A stretch of DNA of 63,939 bases, counting the filler, from Reticulomyxa filosa (Eukaryota > Protista > Foraminifera), in the NCBI GenBank assembly GCA_000512085.1. It is 18 parts of 18 records of this genome, joined end to end, with 100 filler letters (N's around TTAATTAATTAA, not from the genome) between each part and the next. Parts side by side here need not be neighbours in the genome. Positions count along the whole stretch, not along the records: positions 23,599 to 28,960 come from ASPP01027081.1; positions 29,061 to 38,493 come from ASPP01005556.1; 16 more parts are not named here. One strand, given 5' to 3'. The notes under the pieces were generated by a model. The model did no database searches. It had not been told where the DNA came from and was given only the letters and a program-made list of their open reading frames with translations. Below are positions 23,599 to 34,464 of this stretch, one piece after another. Made by a program: the position numbers and the translations under genes. The stretch's first letter is position 1. Each line of letters opens with the position of its first letter.

Positions 23599-26150
23599 CT
23601 TATTATCTTCTTTTTTTTGAATATATTTAACTGTTGTATGTTTTGTACTATAGGTTCCCCCGCTTGGCAAAGATTGTTCCAGTACAGTTCCCCACCACAT
23701 CCACACAAAAAATAAAAAATGAAAAGAAAATCGGGGTGAAATCCACTCCGTCTCCAAAAGGAGTAAAAAAAGTATGACTATGTTTATATTTATGTTTTGT
23801 ATATGCTTTTATCAAATAATATTGTTGTGTTTGTGAAGAAATATGAAATAGGCATTCCCCCTTCAAAGAAAAAAAAATATATGTACATATCTTTATTTTT
23901 ACCCCTCCCTTAAAAACAAACTTTGAAGTGTTTGCCACAGGAAAAAATGAATCGAAATTGGAAATCATTATTCAATAGTCACAGGTATAAATCTATTTTT
24001 GTTCTTAAGAAAATTATAAAATATAACTTTGTTGTGTATGTGTGTATAGATATCAAGTATTGTTTGTTTGTTTGAAAGTGATTTGGGGAAAAATATGAAA
24101 AAAATTAATAATTGGATAGAAAAAAAAATAATATGTAGTGATGAAAAAAATGTATTAATAAAAAAAAGAAGAATAAATAAGAAAGGAAAAGGGAAGAAGA
24201 AAAAAAAAAGAGGATATGAAAAAGAAAAAAGGAAAATGGAATAGAAAAAGAAAATAATAAAAAAAGAAAAAAGAAAAAATAGAAAATAGAAAAAGAAAAA
24301 AAAAAGAATATTCCATAAATGAAAAAATAATAATAAAAATGAAAGAAAAAGAATGAGCAACCAATCCAGCTCAATTGGTACTAGACAAATAGTTACCTTT
24401 CTCTTTTTCCAATTTTCTCCAATTGATGTGTTATTTTATGTATATGTACAGATTTGAACCAGCAAAAAATGTTGTCGAAGTAAAATCGTTAATTTTGTCA
24501 TGGGCAGATTGGCATATAATATGTATTCCAGTATTGAACATGAACTGGCTAAATTGGGAACATGAAACATCTTATCCTTGGCAGCAGATGATCTCGGCAC
24601 TGTTTATGAAACATATGAACTCATCTAATAATATGATATTTGATTGGTGGCCACGATTTGAAAGAGAACAATTACTTCATTGGCACGGCTTTCAATTTAT
24701 TAATGACATCCAGCAAATATTATTATCCTTGGTAGCCATTGAATAATATATTTAAAGGTATATTTGTTTCTATCATATTTTAAGTTGTTATGTCTTATTC
24801 AAAACAATGTGAATATGGCCTTTCCATTCTAGAATAATTTACTTTAGACTTGAAATGAAAGAAAGAAAAAAAAAAAATAACAAGAAAAAGAACAAAACAA
24901 AAAAAAGGAGACGAAGGACATGAAAAAGAAGCAGAAGAATAAGAACAAGAAGAAGAAAAAGGATGAGAAGAAACAAAAGAAGAAGGAAAAGAACAAAAAC
25001 AAGAAAGGAGAAGGACATGAAGAAGAACAAGAGTAAGGAGAGAATAAGAAGGAGAACACGAAGGACAAGAAGAAGAAAAAGAAGGACATGAAGAAGAAGG
25101 ACAAGAAGAAGGAGAAGAAGAAACAGAATGACATGAAGAAGAACAAGAGTAAGAAGAAAAGAAGAAGAAGCACAAGAAGAGAAGAAGCAGAAGAAGAAAC
25201 AGAAGAAGGACTGAAGAAAGACAAGAGTAAAAAGAGAAGAAGAAATGAAAAACAATGAGAACAAGAAAAAGAAAAAGAAAAAAAAAAGAAAGACGAACAT
25301 GAAGAAGAAAAAAGAAAAAGAGTATGCTAAAGAAAAAGGAAAAAAGATATCGATAAATCGTATTCGTGACTATGGGCAATATCAAGAAAAATAATGGCGA
25401 TGAATTATGCAAGAGTGTACTTATCGATAGAAGAAAGAAGTAGTGTGAATTGAAGATGGTCAATACAACAAATCACTAAAAGGTATTGACATATGTTCAT
25501 CAAGACTGTAGTGATTATGAATGAATGTACGGAAATGAAGCACAAATGGCAATGAAATGTTATGTGCTTGCAATCATACAATAACACTCAGATTAGCATG
25601 CAATACTTTCATTCCATTCATTCCGACTCAACAATACGCATAATCAGTCAATATCAGTCGTTGCTCTTTACACGTGTTTGTGATTATGTTATTTATGACC
25701 CCCCCCCACTCAGACGTCGACACACCAAAGATGCATCAAACATTCCCAAGATACAATTGATGTTGATTTGGTGGAAGATATTCAAATAAGATTGGCAGGA
25801 AAGGATTCGAATACTTTTGAAAGAAGATTGAAGTTAAAGACCATTGATTATTTGTATCTTTGTTTCTAAACAATTTGAATTAATTTGTTGTTTATTGTTT
25901 TTACAACAACTAGAATATGTAAAGTCCACAAACATTGAAGATAATGGAACCGTAAATGAAAAAGAAGAAGGAGAATACAAGCACAAAAATGGTGAAGCAA
26001 ATGCTGTTGTTTTGGTAAGAGTGAAAGTGTCACAAAAACGACAAAGAACAGATAACCAGAAAATAATAATATAGTGACCATTCCGTAATAAACAACATCA
26101 ACAACGAACAATGTCAATGGAAAAGACACATGAAGAGATTGGATTGGAAA
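23599..26150 (+). repeat. Copy B of the dispersed element or decayed gene shared with contig 2
   Basis: Same collinear anchors as 1830-3684. Additionally contains ORF 24423-24746 and a degenerate GAA-rich block. Confidence 0.8.
24850..25350 (+). repeat. Degenerate GAA-rich minisatellite (decayed Glu/Lys-rich coding tract)
   Basis: Recurrent GAAGGACATGAAGAAGAA and GAAGAACAAGAGTAA units, nearly all purines on the plus strand, with scattered stops. Confidence 0.8.
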
Positions 26151-27533
26151 ACAATATTGGTTTTGTCTACAATATTGGGTGTATCATTTAACTCAATCAA
26201 ACAAAGATTGGTTGATCTTTTCCAAGGCGACATTCGAATCAAGAAAGTAATTGTCGTCTTTCTCACAATATACACAATCTCAATACTATATCTCGTTCTT
26301 GTGGTGATCACTCAGTCTTGCCAATACATGGGCAGTCCTGCCATTGCAAACACAAACACTGTTTGTGTTTCCGCATCGAAGCAATGCCGATCCCTTTTTG
26401 CCTTTATTCATATCCAGAGACAAAGCAACGGCTTAACACATTATACAATGATCAAAGCATTGTATTAAATGTAAATAAGTACAAGGTCATGAATACTGCA
26501 TTCCAATTGATCGCCATTGCTATTGGTTCCGTTCGTAGAAGCAAATCAAATGCACTTATTATGGACCCGAAATGCGCACAAACAACCGGGAAAAAATGCA
26601 AAATTGTGCAATGTTGTCCGTCCAATCCCTTCAATAATGAACTACGATGCAACAAGAACACATTGGTTTTTCCATATTTTGTTTTTTTTCTTTTTAGGCT
26701 TCTTGTGTGATTTGTTGTTATAATGATAAAAATTGTTGTATTTTGATTGCATTATTGATTTTCAATATTGTCACATTTTTGAAATCTTTTTTCAACTTCA
26801 TTTATTCGTATCAATGATTGAAATAAGCAACCCAAATAATGTTGAATCAATCCTTTCTTGCATTTTTCTCTATTTCTGCAGTTGAAAACATCTCGTCTCC
26901 AAGTGTTTCCTCCTTGGAGAGTTCATTTATGCATTCATTTTTTCTAAACTTTTGTGATGAATAATGTTACTTGATAGAAAAAAAAGACAGTCTTTTCTTT
27001 TTGAAAATAACAAAAAAGTGAAAAAATAGCGAAATATGAGATATTCGTTAATGTGACCCAACTGATTGAAAAATATTGGGAAAAAAAAAGAATGAACAAT
27101 AAGTTAACATATTTCAAACAACGTACACAAAAATGTGAAAAGATACACAAAAAAAAAAAATCATTAATCACCCGGAACATGCACATATATATAAGATCAC
27201 AACTAATTCAAAATTTTTTAAAAAAAGTGTCAGCAAGGAGCAAACGGCTATAAGAGACTCAGTGCCACCAAAGTATAACATGAACTGGTAAGACGGTCCA
27301 GGCAGATGGTTCTTGTGTGAATGAAGTCATAAGCGAGCAATGTTTGATGTGTGCCACCCTAAAAGCGATAAGTGTAGTTACACTTATTCTTGACAAAGGT
27401 CATGAAGGTCATTTGCCTAGGTTTCCCACGTGGTAAACGAGCGAATATATCATTTTGAGTTACGTATACTTGCATCGAGAAAAGTACTGACACCATCCGA
27501 AAATGTATGATCGGAATAAATCCTTGCAAAAAC

Positions 27534-27860
27534 TCAAAAACTTGTTTGTGTTCGAGCGTGCCATGTGTTAATGTCGCAAGGATAAGTTAATGTGCTGTTG
27601 TGGAACACTATGTGATATGTGAGTATGGTCACATTCGTCAACCCTTTCAGTTCATTATCCACTAACAACTCTTCATTGTGCGCGTCCATGCTGTGTCCGT
27701 TTGCTGGCATTGTCACGTGCACACAGTCTTCTGTCGAACAGTTTGCACTTGGTTGCCCAATGCAAGGGTCATTCGACGGACATGTATTCATGACGCTAGT
27801 CGTTGCCAGTGCCATCCACACAGCCAAAGTGCTAAAACATAACACCCACCATAATAACAC
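27534..27860 (-). CDS. Putative secreted Cys-containing protein, possibly frameshifted or pseudogene
   Basis: Signal-peptide-like start LLWWVLCFSTLAVWMALA, several Cys and N-x-S/T sequons. Coding-like sequence continues out of frame past the stop. No ATG at the start of the hydrophobic segment. Confidence 0.35.
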   Translation of the reverse strand: MLLWWVLCFSTLAVWMALATTSVMNTCPSNDPCIGQPSANCSTEDCVHVTMPANGHSMDAHNEELLVDNELKGLTNVTILTYHIVFHNSTLTYPCDINTWHARTQTSF

Positions 27861-28284
27861 ACTTTTTTTTCATCATTTTTCCTTTTTGTTGGATATTCAA
27901 TAGCTATCAGTACTTTAAAAGATCATTGATTACAACATCAAAAATATTTTTTTTATTCTCACAACCCGTGTGGTTGTGTTTGTTAACTCATTAGCACACC
28001 AAATCCAAAAAAAACTGACGTTCCAATTTTTATTTCCCAAAATTAATAAAATTTTTATTTATTTATTTATATTACTAATTTATATTTCCCACATGTGCAC
28101 ATGTTTGCTGCTTTGACGAACTTTTTTCTCCCTCCTCTCCCCCTTCATGAAATCTTTCTTATATTATACACATTAAAGAAGTTGAGATATTTGCACAACG
28201 CACTAACATTTTACTCAATTGCACGCTTACCCTGCTGACGTGGCCTAGCAGCCTATCGGCGTCAGTGCCTTGTCTCTCATATGA

Positions 28285-28526
28285 TGCACCCGTGGTGCCC
28301 AATCTGGAGCTTTTCTGAAGACACTGCTGTTGGTGCAAGGATATCAGATCTTCAAAAACGTGGAGTTCAATATGGACACTCATCTCGACAACATTTTGCT
28401 CATGCCCGATGGATGTCTCGGGCCTATCGACTACGGCCAGTTGAAGTACCTTTTCAAGGAGGAACTCACTTGGCCGAACTGATCATTGTCATGGCCGATC
28501 ACAACAGGAGAAGTGAAAAATGGTAA
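28285..28526 (+). pseudogene. ABC1/UbiB (ADCK) atypical kinase fragment
   Basis: Frame from 28315 (not in the ORF track): LKTLLLVQGYQIFKNVEFNMDTHLDNILLMPDGCLGPIDYGQLKYL. This is a decayed form of the ABC1 core QIF..G.F.ADPHPGNILL..DGRLGLIDYGQVK. It then frameshifts into HLAELIIVMAD. Confidence 0.75.
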
Positions 28527-29876
28527 ATGTTATTACTTCCACTTACTATGTATTTCATTGTTAATTGTGATTTTTTTTTTTGGCAAATCAAATTTAATTT
28601 GTTCAAGTCATTTTTCTTTAACAAAAGATAAGTTATCGTTTTGAAAAAACAAAATCAATTACTTTAATTTTGTGTACTGATTTTTTGAGGGCGCAGGTAG
28701 TAACTGGATACACATTTTGTTTTTATTTTTTATATCGGCACACCTCATTATTTTGTGTTAACTGGAGAATAACAGTGTAAATGTGAGAATAAATAACTAA
28801 TACAAAGGTATGATATCCCAACATTTACTTTTCCTCCATTTAAAAAACTTCAAAAAATAAGCAAATATTTAATTCAAAAATCGAGGATAAAGAAAATGCT
28901 ATCATTAGCCCTTTCTTCACAATATTTTAAAATTTTTTTGTTATACTTAACACTGCAACTNNNNNNNNNNNNNNNNNNNNNNNNNNNNNNNNNNNNNNNN
29001 NNNNTTAATTAATTAANNNNNNNNNNNNNNNNNNNNNNNNNNNNNNNNNNNNNNNNNNNNTTTTTTAAAAAACTATTTTAATGATGATCTTGCAAAAAAA
29101 AGACTTTAATTGTCAGATTCATTTAAAGAAAATTCAAAGTCTGTTATTGAAAGACATGCATTAAGAGCAATCAAAAACAATATATGTTTTTAATTAGATA
29201 ATATTGACATTTTGTGCAGTTCTGAAATGTCAATTATGTAACTTCCATTTACCTGAAAAATTAGAGCCAAATCAAATATTGCAGCTCACAAAACACTGCA
29301 AAGTGGAAATTTGTCTAGTGTACACTACATTAACTTACATAAACAATGTTATTAAAAATGATTAAAATGAGAGATTTGTACAAAAGGGCTTAGTTCCGTT
29401 TTTTGAATTTTTCCTCCTTCGTCCTTTTGTCTTTCTTGTTCTTTTCAAAGAATTACGTCTTTTTATCTGCGGTTTTTGAATGTAGAGACAAATAAATCCA
29501 TTTGTCAAAGAAAATGTAAGTTAAACTAAAATTAAATGAACAACTTGACGAAATAAAATTATCATTTCATATATAGTGATTATAATGTATATGTGATTAT
29601 GATTATGCTTTGGGAAAACTAATGATGAACTAAATCAAACATAAGATTGCAACATGATGAAAATACGCAAAAATGATGAAAAAGTGATTAATTATATTTA
29701 CCATTGAAATAATAAACAAAAATTGTGGGACGTCTTCTGATGATAAGAGACTGCACCAAATATAACACAAAAAAGTTTACCAAAAAGAGATCGGTTTTCG
29801 TCAAAACAAAAGAAATTAAACAAATAAAAGATAAATGACACAATAAAAGAAAGATAAACCAAAAATCTTCGTAAGC

Positions 29877-30109
29877 TACTTACGAATGTAAACAAGGCAA
29901 TCTTCGTAAGCTAATGAGAAATTTCAATTTAGATTTTAAAAGAAAATTATACATAATCAACGTTCTTTTATTTTTCTGTTTTTTTTTGTTTGCTGCGTTC
30001 GACAAGTGCTAGTAACAAAACTTTCTGCAATGATTGGAGCATCTAACATTTCGTCAATCTTAAATGTAATGCTCCTCCTCAAAATTGTTAATATAAACTT
30101 TGAAGTTCT
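29877..30109 (+). repeat. ~230-bp imperfect direct repeat, copy 1
   Basis: TACTTACGAATGTAAACAA..CAATCTTCGTAAGC..TTTCAATTTAGATTTTAAAAGAAAATTATAC..AAGTGCT..CAAAACTTT..CTCCTCAAAATTG is shared in order with 30582-30813. Confidence 0.85.
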
Positions 30110-30581
30110 TCGTTGCGTTAGAAATGAGTTTATGTTTATTTTTTTCTGCGTTCGACAATGGTTTTGAATTAATACGTTATGATTCTACGAAACAAAAAAA
30201 CTTAAATTTCTTTTTTGAAATATGAAATAATAATTTTGAAATTACAAATACTATGATAATTATTTTAAAAAGTGTTATGCATGTGTGATTTTTCGGGACC
30301 CCCCATATATATAAATAAATTCAAAAATTAAATTTATTTTATATATTTATTTTTTTCGATTGATAGTGCATAAACGAAATTAACGTAAATATAATTATCA
30401 TGTTATCATATCATCACATTATTTTCATTAATATCTTTTGTTGCCAGAATAATGATAATTTTATTTGTTTGTAGAACAAACGATACAATCAATGTAATAT
30501 TGAGACATATTTATGTTATTCTAAGTTTGTACATGATAATCAATCATAATTTTGATTTCAAATTACTTCTCCGAACATTAT

Positions 30582-30813
30582 TACTTACGAATGTAAACAA
30601 TACAATCTTCGTAAGCCAAGGAGCACTTTCAATTTAGATTTTAAAAGAAAATTATACCTGAATCAATGTTCTCTTTAATTGCATTTTGTCCGTCGTAAAA
30701 GATAAGTGCTTGTACAAAACTTTTTGCAACGATTAAAGCAGTTAACATTTCTGAATTTGGGCAATCTTAATGTATTGCTCCTCAAAATTGCTCATAGAAA
30801 CTTTTTAACTTCT
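30582..30813 (+). repeat. ~230-bp imperfect direct repeat, copy 2
   Basis: Collinear with 29877-30109. Confidence 0.85.
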
Positions 30814-31044
30814 AAGATCAAAAAACTAAACCGGACATCCTGTCCGATAATGATGTAAAAATTTTTTCCCCTTACAAAAACATTTGTTAGTACATTGCCA
30901 ATTTTTGAGAAACCCTATTTTCTGTCATTTTCTAAACTTTGACAGTGCTACAAGCATTTTTAATGTCATGGTCGATTCTCCATAGTGACCACTTTTTTTC
31001 TTGGGCTGTTATAATATTTCGCCGACAACGCTTTGTCTACATAT

Positions 31045-31519
31045 CTAAAAATCGCTAACACGTCCACCTTTTTCCCAATCTCCATACCTTTTGTATACAA
31101 GTCCCCCCCCCCCCCCCCCCAGCCACATAAACTTTGCATTCATTTCCATCCAAGAATCAAACAAACACTAAACCTCGTTGGCTCTGGACCCTTTGGTCCG
31201 CCAATTTCTTTGATGTCTTTGGGCTGCTTTGTCCGAGTAATTTTTATTTTGCCTTCTTTATCTTCTTTTCCTATGGGATCTTGTTTGTCTGTCTTATTTT
31301 CTTCTTCTTTCGGATCACGTGTCGAGCCATGATTTGGTTGCTTTGTCGTGTCCTAGTTGTTTGTGATGTCTTTTGTTTTACTGTGCGCTTCACGTTTTCA
31401 CAAAACGAAATGACCTGTGATCGTGTTGTGACAAAATTTCTGGTGCACACTATTTTTCCGTTATTATGAGCGGAAAATTTAGTGGTGATGCGGCAAAGAA
31501 AAGAAAATCTTTGAAACAT
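31045..31519 (-). CDS. SDHAF4: Succinate dehydrogenase assembly factor 4 (DUF1674), mitochondrial, 108 aa, 3 exons
   Basis: Exons 31519-31415, 31352-31174 and 31087-31045 with GT..AG introns of 62 and 86 nt. Spliced C-terminus [26 protein letters not shown] is the family signature. N-terminus MFQRFSFLCRITTKFS is basic and acid-free, like a mitochondrial presequence. Confidence 0.93.
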
Positions 31520-31948
31520 GTCGCTAGCGCTTAGAGAATTCTTTTTAGTTACAAAGACCCTTCCATACTGTCCAGTCCGACACAATTACTGCTGCTTGTG
31601 GTTACAAATATCTTTAAAAGCGTTTTCTTGACAAAATTAAACAAATGAGTTACCGAAAGTAAAATCTGTTTCCAAACATGCAAAAACTATTTGATTTTCA
31701 TTTTTTAGTATTTCTTGATTTATGTGATTAAAATCCAAAGAATAGAGCACCGTTTTATCATGCAAACGCAATCTTCTGAACAACGATAGTTAGCAGAGAA
31801 AAAAAGAGATTAAAATAGAGAAACAAAACATTTAAATTAAGCTGAGAAAAAAAAAATTAAATAAAAGCATACATTGAGTGTTGTTATCTATTATTGTGTC
31901 ATAATTTTTGGTTTTTTTTGATGAAATTGAGCGGAAGGATCGAGAGTA

Positions 31949-33823
31949 TTAAAAACGTTTGTGGATAGCAGTCCAAAAAAGCTGGTCTTGAGTGGAAAAC
32001 AACGGACCAATATATAGTCCCTGATGATCGAAGAAATCATGTGCGGCAGTGATGTCAGAAGATGAAGAAAAAGACGGAAGATGATTGAAATCGAGAATCG
32101 GGATGATGGAAGGTTCATGTGGATATTGATTCGAAATGATTCGACGGGATTTGTAAAAAGTGAACGGAAGAAAGTGATGATTGGGCTGCCAAAAGATTTC
32201 ATAAAAAGTCAAATTGTGGAATTGTTGAAGCGACTTGGAAACGGGAAGACCAAGGGTTAAAGATTGAATATAATGTTGAAAATGAAAAGGAAAAGGAGGT
32301 TTGGATAAGACACTTAAAGCAATGGAACAAGTATTCTGTTTTGCAAATTGTTTGGTGTGTCCATGACCCACACATAACACTTGTTGATTGCAATGAATGA
32401 TACATTGAAATATTTGTTTCTCCATGTTGAACTCACACGAAAGGAGAAAAGTGAAAGAAGCAACCCGATTGTTTTCATTTTCGTTTTCGATGATTTTGAT
32501 AAATTCATTAAAAATTTGATTGGGTGACTTTTTCATTTCACTTTTGTCTTTGCTTTGTTTTTGTGCTTTCTTTGTCAATGTGCAATCGGGCTGACAAACG
32601 CTGCAATCGTGTCCAATTCCGCACTTTGAGTAATGGAATCGCACATCCGTCCCTTTCATCGCTGAGTAGGATTGTCCAGGTCCATACACATTACCAGAGC
32701 CAATGGTCGTCCCAATTTTGTGATGAAATGTTGTGGCCAAAATGCGTAACTCACATTTGTTATAAATCGACAACGCGTGTTTTTTTTTTTGCTTTTTTTC
32801 CATTGAATACGTTTGTAATTCTTGGCTGCTCACTGGATTATCAAATAATTTACCCAGCTCTTTTTGTATCCAATTTTTAGTTTTATCTTTGTTATTACCG
32901 TTATCATTAATATTATTAATGCTATTATTATTATTGTTATTATTATTATTATTATTGTTGTTATTATTATTGTTATTGTTGTTATTATGACAACCCTTGT
33001 AATAGTTAAAATCACTGTCATTGGTAAAATTTGTATCACAATTGTCATTGTAATTGTCATTGTAATTGTCATTGTAATTGTCATTGTAATTAGAATTGTA
33101 ATTAGAATTGTAATTAGAATTGTGATTAGAATTGTAATTAGAATTGTGATTAGAATTGTAATTATAATTGTGATTAGAATTGTAATTATAATTGTTATGA
33201 TAGTTGTAGCTGTTGTTATAATTGTAAGTATAATTTCTGTAATTGTAATTATTAATGCTTTTGTCAGTGTAATTAGTTTGGTTATAGTTTTCATCATTGA
33301 TCAACGAACTTTGTCTTTTCAGACACAAAGACCCGGCTTTGTTTTCTTTGTTAATTGTGCTTATCTTTTTCATCTTTTCTTTTTTTTCTTTCATATAAGC
33401 TTCATATTGTTTTGCCATTGCGCTGCTGCTTTTAAAAAGAAATGTGTCGATGTTCTGCTTTCGGATTCGATTATTGCATTTTGTGCATTGATAGCATGCC
33501 GTGGTTCGGCTCATCACTGTTCGAATATCATGCTTAAATGATAATTGACTATTGGCGTTGTTGCTTGCATGCAATACATTTTCATTGTTGCAGACTTTGT
33601 ACATGTTGGTACATATCCAAAATGGAATGCAATCAAATGGTATCGTGTCCACGTGTTTGAACATTTTTTCCAATGTTTTTTTATTTTTGTTTATTATATT
33701 TTTGTCATACGTCTCTTCATGCATTATGACCAACAGACAATATTTTTTGAAAGGCTCGATCACATTCAGTATTTCACTGTCACAATTCAATACTTTTGAT
33801 ATTTCTTCATATGCTGTGTCCAT
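31949..33823 (-). CDS. Asn-rich protein with a dsRNA-binding-like domain and Cys/His clusters (further 5' exon near 33930-34090)
   Basis: 624-aa open frame. KSPNQIFNEF...FQCIIHCNQQVLCVGHGHTKQFAKQNTCSIALSVL fits the dsRBD G-x-G-x-S/T-K-x-x-A-K-Q-x-A/T-x-x-x-A-L pattern. Also CYQCTKC and HYSKCGIGHDCSVCQPDC clusters. Confidence 0.65.
   Translation of the reverse strand: MDTAYEEISKVLNCDSEILNVIEPFKKYCLLVIMHEETYDKNIINKNKKTLEKMFKHVDTIPFDCIPFWICTNMYKVCNNENVLHASNNANSQLSFKHDIRTVMSRTTACYQCTKCNNRIRKQNIDTFLFKSSSAMAKQYEAYMKEKKEKMKKISTINKENKAGSLCLKRQSSLINDENYNQTNYTDKSINNYNYRNYTYNYNNSYNYHNNYNYNSNHNYNYNSNHNSNYNSNHNSNYNSNYNSNYNDNYNDNYNDNYNDNCDTNFTNDSDFNYYKGCHNNNNNNNNNNNNNNNNNNNNNSINNINDNGNNKDKTKNWIQKELGKLFDNPVSSQELQTYSMEKKQKKKHALSIYNKCELRILATTFHHKIGTTIGSGNVYGPGQSYSAMKGTDVRFHYSKCGIGHDCSVCQPDCTLTKKAQKQSKDKSEMKKSPNQIFNEFIKIIENENENNRVASFTFLLSCEFNMEKQIFQCIIHCNQQVLCVGHGHTKQFAKQNTCSIALSVLSKPPFPFHFQHYIQSLTLGLPVSKSLQQFHNLTFYEIFWQPNHHFLPFTFYKSRRIISNQYPHEPSIIPILDFNHLPSFSSSSDITAAHDFFDHQGLYIGPLFSTQDQLFWTAIHKRF
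32905..33250. repeat. Coding poly-Asn plus 12-bp minisatellite (NYNS/NHNS/NYND units)
   Basis: (TTA/TTG)n followed by tandem ATTGTCATTGTA and ATTAGAATTGTA/G 12-mers. Confidence 0.9.
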
Positions 33824-34464
33824 GGAACCATATCCCTTTTTATTTTTATTTCTTTATTTGTGCTTCACTTTTTTGTCCATTTGTGTGTATATGTATGCGG
33901 TTGTGTCTCATCCTTTCTTTCCGTTTCATACCTCGACGACTGGCCCAACATAGTCTCTCACAAGGAATCGATTCGACAATTCCTTCTTCTTCTCCAATAT
34001 AAACTCCAAGACCAAGGGAGGACTATCAGGATCACACACCTCATGAGAAGGAGGATTACTTTGAATTACCTGCAAAGACATTTTCAGTTGGGGGAGAACA
34101 AAGCAAAAAAAGACAAACAACAAAAAATTTTATTTGAGTCTATATCAACTAACCACCTTTTTATTTTGCTTGATTTGTACTCAAGTCTTTTACATCATCA
34201 TTGGAGACTCAGATCATGCCGGAGATAGACATTTTTTTTGGTAACCGCGGGGCAGCAAACTGCTGTCAGTTCACTGAGTTTCAATAAAAATAACAGGGCT
34301 ATTTTCAGATAAGAGCAATGGCTCAATCATCAAAAAAAACGTCTTCGTCTCCTCCATACAGCGAAGGAATCCAATACATTATTTATATATATATATATTT
34401 CAATTATTTTACCACTCTCTTTTGTTTGGTCTTTTATTTTCCAAAGAAACAAAAATTAAAAAAA

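Noticed and set aside
23968-25463. Phe/Leu/Ser-rich minus-strand ORFs resembling membrane proteins (also 2973-3182, 32864-33541, 44017-44512)
   Set aside because: Translations of low-complexity tracts (T-rich strands, or the antisense of GAA-rich or Asn repeats).
33040-33200. Regular short repeats as a possible CRISPR array
   Set aside because: Head-to-tail 12-mers without unique spacers, inside an Asn-rich eukaryotic ORF, and no cas genes.
34366-34446. Possible non-canonical (GA or GC donor) intron upstream of PP2C
   Set aside because: The segment could simply be 5' UTR or in-frame sequence. It cannot be decided without transcripts.
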